From contig JAEWSJ010000037.1 of the NCBI GenBank assembly GCA_023398335.1, forward strand, positions 2,521 to 66,520: DNA of 64,000 bases, in the 5' to 3' direction. Origin of the DNA: Bacillota bacterium (GTDB taxonomy: Bacteria > Bacillota_I > Bacilli_A > RFN20 > CAG-288). Positions 48,120 through 57,815 of the stretch are shown one piece after another (positions within the stretch are counted from its first letter, which is position 1; each line of letters starts with the position of its first letter). The notes below the pieces were generated by a model that did not search any database, was not told where the DNA came from, and saw only the letters and a list, made by a program, of their open reading frames with translations. The position numbers were made by a program, and so were the translations under genes.

Positions 48120-49629
48120 AATCTATTTCGCTCCCTAAGTACCATTTGCTTTGGTCTATAACTTTTATATATCCGTCCGGTGAATCTGATAATAAGACAC
48201 CACCACTATCTTGATAAAATTCTACTAATTCTAAGGCGTTTTGAGAAATAATCTCACCTGGAATTGCAATTGGAATCCCTGGTGGATATATCATAATCGA
48301 TTCAGCGGATATTTCTCCGATTGAATCTGATAGTTTAATTATTTTTGAAGGTGCATTAAACGCTTCTCGAGGACGTACTGCTAAATCGGGATAAACATAA
48401 TTGAAATGAGGTACAACATAATCCTCTTTTACTTCGTAATACTCTTTTGATAAATAGGCTAAGGCACCAATAAGTTTATCAACGTCTTCTTTTAATGTAC
48501 CTATACTAATTATTGCTAAGATTTCACTAACCTCTGCTAATTCAAGTTGAATATTAAATTTTTTTCTTATTTCAGAGAAAATATCAAAGCCAGATTTCCC
48601 TAGTCCCGATATATTGATAACCAGTTTTGTCTCATCAAAATCAAATCTTCCTGGACGATCACAATAAGATTTATCCATTGAATAGACTCCTGGAATTTTA
48701 TTTATTTTCTCTCTAGCGTATTCTGATAATTCTAAAGCTTTATCAAGTAAATCTTTACCTTCAAAATATAACTTCTTTCTTGCAGCATCAACTGAAGCTA
48801 AAAGTACATGATTTGGAGAGGTAGAAGAAAACATAGCAAATACTCGTTGAACACGGGAAAAATCAATACGTTCTTTCTTTATTAATATCAAACTGGTTTG
48901 AGTTAAACTACCACCGGTTTTATGCAATGAACAAGAAGAAATATCCGCCCCTGCATCCATGGCGGATAATGGCATTTTGTCATTAAAGTGCAAATGAGAA
49001 CCATGGGCTTCATCACACATAACAAGCATATCTCTTTTATGTGCTTCTTCAACGATAGTCTTTAAATCTGATGTAACTCCAAAGTATGTTGGATTAATTA
49101 CAAAAATAGCTTTAGCATCTGGATTTTCATCCATGGCTTCAATGTATTTTTCAGTTGGTACTCCATTGGCAATACCAGTTTCTTCATCAACATCTGGACG
49201 AACAAATATCGGATATGCTCCAGATAAAATCAAAGCATTAATTACGGATTTGTGTACATTGCGAGGAATAATAATTTTTTCTTTAGCTCGTAAAAGGCTA
49301 TTTATCATTGTCATGATTCCACCAGTTGTACCATTAACTGATATTAAGACTTCATCCGCATTAAAAGCGGATGCCAATAATTCTTCGGCTTCTTGAATAA
49401 CTCCTTTTGGATGATAAAGATTATCAAGACCAAGCGGAGCATTAATATCTGCAACAAAAACATCTTTACCAACTAGTGAAACTAAGTCGGTATGTAAGCG
49501 ACCCATTTTATGTCCGGGAACATCAAACGGAATAGGATTTGAAGCGATATATTCTTTTATCGCTTCAAGAAAAGGTTCTTTTTCTTGTCGTTTATCTTCT
49601 TCAAGATGAACATCCTGGCTTTTTTCCAT
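48109..49629 (-). CDS. speA: Orn/Lys/Arg decarboxylase (fold-type I PLP; SpeA-like arginine decarboxylase)
   Basis: PLP-lysine 'SLHKTGGSLTQTS'. Length and domain order match Bacillus SpeA. Confidence 0.7.
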   Translation of the reverse strand: MEKSQDVHLEEDKRQEKEPFLEAIKEYIASNPIPFDVPGHKMGRLHTDLVSLVGKDVFVADINAPLGLDNLYHPKGVIQEAEELLASAFNADEVLISVNGTTGGIMTMINSLLRAKEKIIIPRNVHKSVINALILSGAYPIFVRPDVDEETGIANGVPTEKYIEAMDENPDAKAIFVINPTYFGVTSDLKTIVEEAHKRDMLVMCDEAHGSHLHFNDKMPLSAMDAGADISSCSLHKTGGSLTQTSLILIKKERIDFSRVQRVFAMFSSTSPNHVLLASVDAARKKLYFEGKDLLDKALELSEYAREKINKIPGVYSMDKSYCDRPGRFDFDETKLVINISGLGKSGFDIFSEIRKKFNIQLELAEVSEILAIISIGTLKEDVDKLIGALAYLSKEYYEVKEDYVVPHFNYVYPDLAVRPREAFNAPSKIIKLSDSIGEISAESIMIYPPGIPIAIPGEIISQNALELVEFYQDSGGVLLSDSPDGYIKVIDQSKWYLGSEIDYDF

Positions 49630-49630
49630 T

Positions 49631-50806
49631 TTAGTTGTTTTTAATAAACTCCTTTAGTTTATCGACCATATCTAATTTTTCAAATGGCAAATCTAAATCA
49701 GGACGACCGAAATGACCATAATTTGTTAAATCTTGATATCTAAAAGAAGGCTTGGTTAATGAAAAACGATCGATAATTCCTTTTGGAGTAAAATCAAACA
49801 AATCATAAACCGCTTCTAAGATCTTGTCTTTAGCAACCGTTTCAGTTCCAAAAGTATCGATAGCAATACTGACTGGTTTTGAAACACCAATAGCATAAGA
49901 GACTTGAACTTGGCAACGAGCAGCTAGACCTGCTCCAACAATATTTTTGGCACAGTATCTTGCAGCGTATGCACCGGATCTATCAACTTTAGAAGGATCT
50001 TTGCCAGAGAAGGCGCCACCACCATGTGGACAACTGCCACCATAGGTATCAACAATGATTTTTCTCCCAGTAACTCCAGTATCACCTAAAGGTCCACCAA
50101 TTACAAATAAACCGGTTGGATTAATATAATACTTAAAATCAATATTCATGTTAAATGACTTTACAACAGGAATAATTACTTTTTCCAATAATTCTTTTCT
50201 AAATGATTCAATATCGATTGATTCATCATGTTGACAAGAACAAACGATTGTATCAATACGTGGATTCTTTTCATCAGTATAATCAACAGTGACTTGAGCT
50301 TTCATATCTGGTCGTGCATGTGGTAATTTACCTTCTTTACGTAAATTCGAACCAGTACGTACAATTTTATGTGCCATAACAATTGGAAGAGGCATGAGGT
50401 TTTCTGTTTCGGAAGAAGCGTATCCAAACATCATTCCTTGGTCACCAGCTCCTAATGATTTTGAATCATAAGAAGAATCTACTCCTTGAGCAATATTCGA
50501 TGATTGTTCTTTAATAAGAACAGTAACTTTACAAGAATCACAACCTATTCCATCTTCCGGAGTTAAATAACCAACTCTACGCATAACGTCTCTAGCGATT
50601 TTTTCATAATCCGGTTTGGCTTTTGTTGTAATTTCACCAGCAATAACAACTTGTTCTTTACATGCTAAAACTTCACATGCAACTCTTGAAGAAGAATCTT
50701 TCTCAAGGCATGCATCTAAAATTGCATCAGCGATTTGATCGCATAATTTATCTGGGTGACCTTCTGAAACAGATTCAGAAGTGAATAATATTTTTCTATT
50801 GCTCAT
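49631..50806 (-). CDS. metK: S-adenosylmethionine synthetase
   Basis: 'FTSESVSEGHPDK' and 'GGGAFSGKD' MetK signatures. Start placed at the internal Met with a GGAAGGAAG RBS. Confidence 0.9.
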   Translation of the reverse strand: MSNRKILFTSESVSEGHPDKLCDQIADAILDACLEKDSSSRVACEVLACKEQVVIAGEITTKAKPDYEKIARDVMRRVGYLTPEDGIGCDSCKVTVLIKEQSSNIAQGVDSSYDSKSLGAGDQGMMFGYASSETENLMPLPIVMAHKIVRTGSNLRKEGKLPHARPDMKAQVTVDYTDEKNPRIDTIVCSCQHDESIDIESFRKELLEKVIIPVVKSFNMNIDFKYYINPTGLFVIGGPLGDTGVTGRKIIVDTYGGSCPHGGGAFSGKDPSKVDRSGAYAARYCAKNIVGAGLAARCQVQVSYAIGVSKPVSIAIDTFGTETVAKDKILEAVYDLFDFTPKGIIDRFSLTKPSFRYQDLTNYGHFGRPDLDLPFEKLDMVDKLKEFIKNN

Positions 50807-50870
50807 TTTTCTTCCTTCCATAATATCTCTTAAATTATGAGTAAAATTTTACATCTTGTCAATAAAACTA

Positions 50871-51131
50871 TTACTTAGTTTCTAAACTTTGTATTTCTTT
50901 TAAGGCTTTAGCAATTTGATCTGGACATGATGTGTTTTTTGGGCCACATTTTGTTCCTTCGATAGCGGAAATTACCTCTTCAAAAGTACGTCCTTTTACC
51001 AATGCGCTAATTCCTTTTAAATTTCCATTGCAACCACCGATTACATTTAAATCTTTGATTACATTTCCTTCATAGGTAATGTGCATTTCACGTGAACAAA
51101 CACCTTTTGGATAATAAACATATTCTTTCAT
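50871..51131 (-). CDS. TSCPD-domain protein (86 aa)
   Basis: 'KCGPKNTSCPDQ' motif plus additional Cys residues. Confidence 0.55.
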   Translation of the reverse strand: MKEYVYYPKGVCSREMHITYEGNVIKDLNVIGGCNGNLKGISALVKGRTFEEVISAIEGTKCGPKNTSCPDQIAKALKEIQSLETK

Positions 51132-51136
51132 TTTTC

Positions 51137-51655
51137 CTATCTCCTTCTAATTCTCACCATATTGTCAAATGGTGGAAGTATTTTAATTACCATTGCTGCA
51201 AGAACAGCAAGCAAGCCTCCTGATAGCATAGCTAACGCAGCTAAAACAGGTAAATATAATATCATATAAAACGTCTGAACAATCAACAAATATACAACAA
51301 TTTGGCCTAATACGTGGAAAAAGGCGCAAACTACTGAAACACCGTATATTGAAACCTTAGTAAACTTATAAAGTAGTAAACCTGCAATTAAAGATAATAC
51401 TCCTCCTCCTAACGCTAGGAAAAACGGAGTCCCAAAGCCCGTTGAGATAAGTGCAACAATTAATATTCTCAATAATTGAATTGCAACATAATACCACGGT
51501 CCAAGATAGAATAATGAGAACACTCCAACAATGTTAGCCAAACCTAATTTAAATCCTGGAATAGCGATAAAAGCTGGTAGTAAAGACTCGATGTAATGGA
51601 AGACTACCGCCAAAGCTGTTAAGAAGGCTGTGGTAGTCATTTTATATACTTTCAT
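51137..51655 (-). CDS. Gx-transporter / heptaprenyl-diphosphate-synthase-component-I-like membrane protein
   Basis: 5-6 TM helices; 'LGLANIVGVFSLFYLG' and a G-rich helix. The family is commonly paired with NusG-II and ApbE genes. Confidence 0.5.
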   Translation of the reverse strand: MKVYKMTTTAFLTALAVVFHYIESLLPAFIAIPGFKLGLANIVGVFSLFYLGPWYYVAIQLLRILIVALISTGFGTPFFLALGGGVLSLIAGLLLYKFTKVSIYGVSVVCAFFHVLGQIVVYLLIVQTFYMILYLPVLAALAMLSGGLLAVLAAMVIKILPPFDNMVRIRRR

Positions 51656-51658
51656 TTT

Positions 51659-52276
51659 CTATACCTGCCCATCTATATTTCCAAAGTAATTTGGATTTGA
51701 TAAGACTGTGCTAAATGAATTTGGTAAACAAACAACAGGCCAGTTTACTCTATTCTCAAATCCCTGTTTGGAACAATAATTCTTCGGAGAATTTTCTTTT
51801 TCAATTTGAAAGCCTTTATTATTTACTAGAATATCAATTTGAGGGCCTATGAAAGATTTAAAACCGTTGAACGCTAAAGCATCATCTTTGACAATAATGT
51901 ATTTGTTTTTAATCTCATTAATTTTCAAATTAAAATCATATTTACGTAAGCTATCTATAGATTGAGTTTCTTCAGTCAATCCATATTTACTCAACAATTC
52001 AATATTATCGTCGTAACTTTCGTTGGTTTTTAATTCTCTTCTAAAAGATAACGCATAAGTTACTGCGGAAGAAGAGCTATCTACCACTTTAAAATTATTT
52101 AATACAATCTTATTCTCATAACGAATTTCCAATGTTGCTTCATTGACATCGACAGTTGGAAGGCCGAATAGCGAGACCAATAAAATAATAATAAGTATTA
52201 TTAAAGTGGCAACGATGGCAATGCCATCGTGCCAATTAAAAACTATTCTTTTTTTTCTACTTTCTTCTGATATCAT
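51659..52276 (-). CDS. NusG-domain-II (DUF1312)-containing membrane-anchored protein
   Basis: N-terminal TM helix. The C-terminal 'CSKQGFENRVNWPVVCLPNSFSTVL' matches the CxxxxC...VCLPN core of the family. Confidence 0.5.
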   Translation of the reverse strand: MISEESRKKRIVFNWHDGIAIVATLIILIIILLVSLFGLPTVDVNEATLEIRYENKIVLNNFKVVDSSSSAVTYALSFRRELKTNESYDDNIELLSKYGLTEETQSIDSLRKYDFNLKINEIKNKYIIVKDDALAFNGFKSFIGPQIDILVNNKGFQIEKENSPKNYCSKQGFENRVNWPVVCLPNSFSTVLSNPNYFGNIDGQV

Positions 52277-52283
52277 TGAAAAT

Positions 52284-52601
52284 TTATAAAGAAACTTTTA
52301 ATTTTGAACCATCTTTTCCTTCAGCAGAATTAAGATATTCAACAACTTCTTCAGCTTTTTCTTTCTTGATAACAGCGCAACGTTTAACGTGAGTTTCTTC
52401 ACCTTTAACAATTGCATTTACTAAACCAGAACAACCGGCAAAACCACATGCGCCACAGTTTACTCCTGGCATCATCTCTAAGGCTTTTATTGCTCTTTCG
52501 TCTTCCTTAACTTTGAATTTTTCGGAAACAACAGCTATAATAACTCCAAGAATAATCGAGATACCGACGATAATTGCGACAGCGATTAAAATATCAATCA
52601 T
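52284..52601 (-). CDS. rnfB: RnfB, N-terminal membrane Fe-S domain only (no ferredoxin-type 4Fe-4S domains)
   Basis: A TM helix followed by 'VNCGACGFAGC...KRC', which aligns to the RnfB/RsxB N-domain. The ORF stops at 105 aa, and the next gene starts 8 nt later. Confidence 0.6.
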   Translation of the reverse strand: MIDILIAVAIIVGISIILGVIIAVVSEKFKVKEDERAIKALEMMPGVNCGACGFAGCSGLVNAIVKGEETHVKRCAVIKKEKAEEVVEYLNSAEGKDGSKLKVSL

Positions 52602-52858
52602 TTTTCATTTTCTCCTTTATCTTCTTTATCTACTTCATCTTTATATCCTTCTCCGATATTTTTAATGATTAGAGGTAAAGATGTATCTTCTTCTCTCTTT
52701 GAACAGTTCAACATACACGAACCACAACCGTGAAGTTCAACTTTAGGACAATTGTCCGGTTCTTTCGTATGTTTATTAATTAAATAAGTAACAAAGAATA
52801 TTGCTACAAGTCCAACTACAAGAATAACTGCTAAAAGGATTTTTAACCAAGTTTCCAT
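52598..52858 (-). CDS. Small Cys-rich single-TM protein (FeoB-associated Cys-rich membrane protein-like)
   Basis: A TM helix followed by 'CPKVELHGCGSCMLNC'. ATGA overlap with the downstream rnfB fragment. Confidence 0.4.
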   Translation of the reverse strand: METWLKILLAVILVVGLVAIFFVTYLINKHTKEPDNCPKVELHGCGSCMLNCSKREEDTSLPLIIKNIGEGYKDEVDKEDKGENEK

Positions 52859-52860
52859 TT

Positions 52861-53457
52861 TTATCCGAAGAATCCACTTAATCCCATAAATGCTAAAGCC
52901 ATGAAAGCTGTGCAGATAAAGCTCAAGGCTGCGCCTTTAAATGCTCTATGTGGGGTTGATAATTCAAGTCTTCCTTGAATAGCAGAAAAGACAACGATAA
53001 TAATGAAATAACCAAGTGGGACGCCTAAACAAGTACCAAGAATTGTCCCGATGTATTCACCCGTTGATGCATAGTCAGCAGGAACCATACTTGCGACTGA
53101 TAAAGCCAAACCTAAGACGACACAGTTTGTAGTAATAAGTGGTAAATAAATACCTAAAGCTTTATATAACGACGGTAAGAATTTCTTAGTAAGAATTTCG
53201 AGTATTTGAACTAATGAGGCAATGACAAGAATGAAGACAACTGTCTTCATATATTCAATTTCTAATGCACGAAGGGCAAATGATAAGCCCCAGCAAATTA
53301 ATCCAGCGAAGAAAGCGACAACAGTAAGGGCCATACCCATACCAATAGACGACTTCCAGTTCTTTGATATACCAATATATGAACATAATCCTTTATATCC
53401 TGAAAGGACGATGTTATTGATAATCATTGTTGAAAATAATGTAATTAAGAAAGTCAT
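52861..53457 (-). CDS. rnfA: Rnf complex subunit A
   Basis: 'GIYLPLITTNCVVLG' and 'LAFMGLSGF', near-identical in pattern to RsxA/RnfA. Confidence 0.9.
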   Translation of the reverse strand: MTFLITLFSTMIINNIVLSGYKGLCSYIGISKNWKSSIGMGMALTVVAFFAGLICWGLSFALRALEIEYMKTVVFILVIASLVQILEILTKKFLPSLYKALGIYLPLITTNCVVLGLALSVASMVPADYASTGEYIGTILGTCLGVPLGYFIIIVVFSAIQGRLELSTPHRAFKGAALSFICTAFMALAFMGLSGFFG

Positions 53458-53459
53458 AA

Positions 53460-54137
53460 TTATTTAGCCTCCTTTGCATCATTTAATTTTGCTTTTTTTG
53501 CAACTTGAGATGAAGTAAATTTTTCTAAGCATAAATTGAATAGACCAATTACAACACCAATCATTAAGAAGCCGCCCGGAGCTTTAACCATAAGAGGTAT
53601 CGCATAATCTTCTAATGGTAACCATGAATATGATTGATCAGAATCAAATGGATTGGTAATTGTAAAACCACCAGTTCCTAAGAATTCACGAAGAATAGCA
53701 ATAGCGAAACAGCCAAGAGCAAAGCCACAGGCCATACCTAAAGCATCAACCATTGAATCTACTACTGAGTTCTTATTTGCGAAGGCTTCAGCTCTTCCTA
53801 AAATAATACAGTTAACTGTAATAAGGGGGATAAATTCACCAAGTGAATCTGATAAAGCTGGTGTATAGGCTTGCATTAATAAATCAACGCAAGAAACTAA
53901 AGAAGCAATAATAACAATATAGACTGGTATTCTTATTTCATTAGGAATTACACTTTTCAAAGCGGAAATAATAAGGTTTGAAAAGAATAAAACAATAAGA
54001 ACAGCAACTGACATACCTAAGGCATTATCAATTGATTGAGTTGCAATGATAACTGGGCACATGCCTAAAATCAAAGCAAGAATTGGATTAGAGGAGAATA
54101 CTCCATCAAGGAATATCTTTTTCTTAGAAGTCTTCAT
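53460..54137 (-). CDS. rnfE: Rnf complex subunit E
   Basis: 'LGMCPVIIAT...IRIPVYIVIIASLV...IPLITVNCIILGRAEAFA' is the RnfE/RsxE pattern. Confidence 0.9.
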   Translation of the reverse strand: MKTSKKKIFLDGVFSSNPILALILGMCPVIIATQSIDNALGMSVAVLIVLFFSNLIISALKSVIPNEIRIPVYIVIIASLVSCVDLLMQAYTPALSDSLGEFIPLITVNCIILGRAEAFANKNSVVDSMVDALGMACGFALGCFAIAILREFLGTGGFTITNPFDSDQSYSWLPLEDYAIPLMVKAPGGFLMIGVVIGLFNLCLEKFTSSQVAKKAKLNDAKEAK

Positions 54138-55204
54138 TATTTATTACCTCCAAAATCTGTGAGAATATATGATAACGCACTAGTCATAAGTTGATTTGAT
54201 ATATCAGTAGTTGCACCGGTAATAGTGTCAAAGGAAGATAAGCTTGTATATGGCGTATCAACCGATACTTTACCATTAAAGCTTCTCATCGTTGCTCTAA
54301 GCATTCCACTACCACTGATGAATTGGTAATCAATTATTCCTGCTTCATTAGCAATTGCGGCAAATTTACCATCATCTACATCTCCTTCAATATTTATTTG
54401 AGTAAAGGAAATAACATAGAAGGAAGCATCTTTCGAATTAAATTTAAAATTCCATTTAGTATCTACTTTAGATTCTGTTGTTTTATCAATATTAATTGCT
54501 AAAGCAGCAGTAGTAACATCAGTTACACTATCCATTGTAATATCAGTATCTTGATTCAAATTATTTTTCCACATGAATTGGAGTTGCTCTAAAGCAGTTC
54601 CTTTAGTTGGGAAGTCCTTAACAACAATACCACCACTGGCTTTAGCATCAGCAATAGCAACTTCAAGGGTTTCACCTATAACAGGAAGTGTTTTTTTAGC
54701 TGTAGCAGAAGAAGTAACTTTACCACCAGAAACAAATGGATTATCAGTAGATATCTCTAATGCTTTTGCTGCTTTAACACCAATATCATCCTCGGTAGCA
54801 TCAATAAAACGAGTACCAATAACAGAAAAATTCTTTAATTCAACCATAGCACCAAAAGTAACTTTTCCAGTATAACCTTTAGGAGTAATGAGTTTGTAAT
54901 ATAGATATTCTACATTACTTTCCATTGTGACTTTCTTCTTTTCAAGAATTAATTTTTTCTGATCAGAATCAGTTAATGCCACATCAGTAGTAGTATATTC
55001 TTTAACTACTTCATTAGCAGATTTAGCAATCTTATAGATTGCTTCATTGGCTTTCTTTTCAACGTTAATAGCAACTTGATCTTTTGTTGCAAAGTTTAAC
55101 GTAGCTAAGGCGCCACCACAGACTAAGCAGACACAACCAAGGACCAAAGGATAAAGAATATATGGGTTTAATTTTTTAGCCATATTAATAATTTCCTCCT
55201 TCAA
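54137..55204 (-). CDS. rnfG: Rnf complex subunit G (FMN-binding), unusually long
   Basis: N-terminal signal-anchor. C-terminal flavinylation motif 'DTITGATTDIS'. 355 aa, with a T/S/K-rich insertion. Confidence 0.8.
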   Translation of the reverse strand: MKEEIINMAKKLNPYILYPLVLGCVCLVCGGALATLNFATKDQVAINVEKKANEAIYKIAKSANEVVKEYTTTDVALTDSDQKKLILEKKKVTMESNVEYLYYKLITPKGYTGKVTFGAMVELKNFSVIGTRFIDATEDDIGVKAAKALEISTDNPFVSGGKVTSSATAKKTLPVIGETLEVAIADAKASGGIVVKDFPTKGTALEQLQFMWKNNLNQDTDITMDSVTDVTTAALAINIDKTTESKVDTKWNFKFNSKDASFYVISFTQINIEGDVDDGKFAAIANEAGIIDYQFISGSGMLRATMRSFNGKVSVDTPYTSLSSFDTITGATTDISNQLMTSALSYILTDFGGNK

Positions 55205-56390
55205 TATCTAAAACAATTTCTTGATTAGCAATAATTGTTTTATTAGCCTTATTCTCTTCTCTTAAAGAGACTGGATTAGATTCAACATATGATGAAGTCT
55301 TTTTTTTATTTAATGAGCCATATGTAAGTCCAAAGGCAACAGAAACTAACATCAATCCACCAATAACACAGGACTTAACAACTAAGTGCTTGTCTTGTTT
55401 ATCGGAAATCAATTTATCGATAAGCGGAGTGAGCATATTCATAATAAGAATTGAGTAAGCAACACCTTCAACCGCTGCTGCTTGATATCTAATCATGCAG
55501 GTGATTAACGCTGCACCAACAGCGTAGATTATCTTACCAACTAGACTGGTTGGAGAAGTAACTGGATCAGTTAAACAGAATGTTGCACCGATTAAAATAC
55601 CACCGATTAAGATAAACTTTAATGCATATTCAAATGAACTTGCTCCTAAGCCACCGGTTAAACCAACTGCCAAAGCAGTAAGAAAACAAGTAACCAAATA
55701 GAAGGCGGAGATTCTCCAATCGATAATATTTCTAACGATTAAATAAATAAGAGCGATAATTAAGGCTAAACCTAAAGTTTCACCTAAAGCTCCTTGATAT
55801 GTACCAAGGAAGATATCACCTAAGCCAACGGATAAATCATTTGTAATCCATCCGGCGTTATTTAATCCAGTAACAACTGTTGCTCCGGTAGTAACTGTAG
55901 GATCTAAACTAACAGTTAATGCGCTTGGAAAACAAACTTGAACAAAGACACGACCAACAACAGCTGGGTTGAAGACGTTTTTAGCAAAGCCACCAAAGAT
56001 TGATTTAGCTAAGAAGGTACCAACAAATGCACCAATTATTACAGCGTAATATGAAGCACCAACCGGTAAAAGTAAAGCGAAGATAAGTCCGGAGACATAA
56101 CCATAGGAATCAAGGATTTTAATTCCCCAGTTCTTAAATCTTTCTCCAACATTAACTACTTTCTTGTCAAATAACATTGGAAGGTTATATAAGCCATCTG
56201 ATAAAGAAGAGATAAGAACAGAAATAATAATCATCGCTAAGGTTTTAACACCAAAATCTGCTCCAAGAGTAAAATTATAGATAATTGCCCATAATGCTAC
56301 AAAACCAATAACTGCAGTAAGTTCTAACATTAAACTACGAGTAGTTCTCTTGTTTGTAATATGAGGTTTAGGTTGAATTGAAAATGTCAT
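55185..56390 (-). CDS. rnfD: Rnf complex subunit D, with a C-terminal extension
   Basis: Polytopic NqrB/RnfD pattern ('LTDPVTSPTS'). 401 aa, with an extra C-terminal TM and tail. Confidence 0.85.
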   Translation of the reverse strand: MTFSIQPKPHITNKRTTRSLMLELTAVIGFVALWAIIYNFTLGADFGVKTLAMIIISVLISSLSDGLYNLPMLFDKKVVNVGERFKNWGIKILDSYGYVSGLIFALLLPVGASYYAVIIGAFVGTFLAKSIFGGFAKNVFNPAVVGRVFVQVCFPSALTVSLDPTVTTGATVVTGLNNAGWITNDLSVGLGDIFLGTYQGALGETLGLALIIALIYLIVRNIIDWRISAFYLVTCFLTALAVGLTGGLGASSFEYALKFILIGGILIGATFCLTDPVTSPTSLVGKIIYAVGAALITCMIRYQAAAVEGVAYSILIMNMLTPLIDKLISDKQDKHLVVKSCVIGGLMLVSVAFGLTYGSLNKKKTSSYVESNPVSLREENKANKTIIANQEIVLDIEGGNY

Positions 56391-56401
56391 ATTATTTCCT
56401 C

Positions 56402-57706
56402 CTACTTCTTTTTGGCTTTACTACTTTTTAATACAGTAAGTAGTTTAGCTTTCTTAACTCCGTCACACACTTCAATATGTGAAGGACAAACGTATGAACA
56501 AAGTCCACAACTAATACAATCCATAACACCTAAATCAAAACAACGATCAAAGTCGTTTCTCTTAGCTGCATAATTAATTTCGCATGGTTGAAGTTGACGT
56601 GGACATGTAGCGGAACATTCGCCACATCTTAAACATTCTTGAGCAACGAACTTTTTCTTTTCTAATACTGTAATTGCATTAGAAGATAGAAGGAGTGGAA
56701 CATCATCGGTTTTTAAATGCTCACCGCACATCGGCCCGCCATTAACAAGAACAACAGCATCCTTAGAATATCCTTTACAAGAATCTACTAAATCTTTAAC
56801 CAATGTTCCAACTGGTACTAAGACATTAGAAGGAGCATTAACTAGTCCAGAAACTGTAACTAATTTCTTACTGATAATTTGACCATTAAACATCGCATTA
56901 CCAATAGCTTCTATAGTTTGATAGTTATCGACGATAACATGAGCTTCAGCTGGTAATCTATCGTATTTTCTATTTACGACCATTTCAATAAGAAGTCTTT
57001 CCCATCCAGCAGGGTAAACACTTTTTACTGGTTTTAAACTAATACGAGAATCATCAAATTCAATGATGCTCTTTGTTAATGATTCACAAAGAAGTACTCG
57101 TTCAGCTTTACAAGCAATGATTGCTTTTGGAATTTTATAAACATCAAGGAGTTTAGCAATTGTCTTTAAGACAAATAAAACATCTCCTTTGGTTCCTTTA
57201 ACAAAATCAGTTGTTATGTAAGGTTCACATTCAACCGCATTAACTATAAGCGTATCAATATCGTTAGCTTTAAACTTAATGTAGGTTGGGAAACCTGCAC
57301 CACCTAAACCAACAACTCCGCTTAATCTTAAAGCTTCGAGAGCTTCTTCCTTACTTCCATTCTTCTTTAAAGCTTCATTTTTATCAAATGAATACTTCAA
57401 GTCATTTTCGATTTCAAAATGATCAACTGGTCTTCCAATTAATGAAGAATTCTTTTTTACAATCGCTTTAATCGTTCCGCTTACAGAACTGTAAACAGGA
57501 ATATTAAAGTCTTTTCTAACTCCAAGCAAAGTGCCAACATGAACTTCATCTCCAACCTTAGCCATATTATCAAGAGGGTTTCCCTTGTTGTCTAAGGCAC
57601 AAATATAAACAAAAGATGGATCACATTTAATAATAGATCCGTTTTCCGTTTGTTCTTTGTAAGATGGAATGTGTCTGCATCCGCTGGATTTCAAAATATG
57701 AAACAT
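56402..57706 (-). CDS. rnfC: Rnf complex subunit C (NADH-binding, 2x[4Fe-4S])
   Basis: 'GLGGAGFPT' nucleotide site, plus 'CLRCGECSATCP' and 'CISCGLCSYVCP' cluster motifs. Confidence 0.9.
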   Translation of the reverse strand: MFHILKSSGCRHIPSYKEQTENGSIIKCDPSFVYICALDNKGNPLDNMAKVGDEVHVGTLLGVRKDFNIPVYSSVSGTIKAIVKKNSSLIGRPVDHFEIENDLKYSFDKNEALKKNGSKEEALEALRLSGVVGLGGAGFPTYIKFKANDIDTLIVNAVECEPYITTDFVKGTKGDVLFVLKTIAKLLDVYKIPKAIIACKAERVLLCESLTKSIIEFDDSRISLKPVKSVYPAGWERLLIEMVVNRKYDRLPAEAHVIVDNYQTIEAIGNAMFNGQIISKKLVTVSGLVNAPSNVLVPVGTLVKDLVDSCKGYSKDAVVLVNGGPMCGEHLKTDDVPLLLSSNAITVLEKKKFVAQECLRCGECSATCPRQLQPCEINYAAKRNDFDRCFDLGVMDCISCGLCSYVCPSHIEVCDGVKKAKLLTVLKSSKAKKK

Positions 57707-57815
57707 ATTATTTATCTCCTTACAAATAAAAGTATAGCATATAAAAAAAGAATTAATATAGCAGTTATACCCTCAAAATTACTACTTTTATTATGACTTT
57801 TTACATTAAATCAAT

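Noticed and set aside
52284-52858. The two small Cys-containing ORFs as a single frameshifted rnfB
   Set aside because: Each has its own N-terminal TM helix and start codon, joined by an ATGA overlap. Joined together they would still lack ferredoxin domains.
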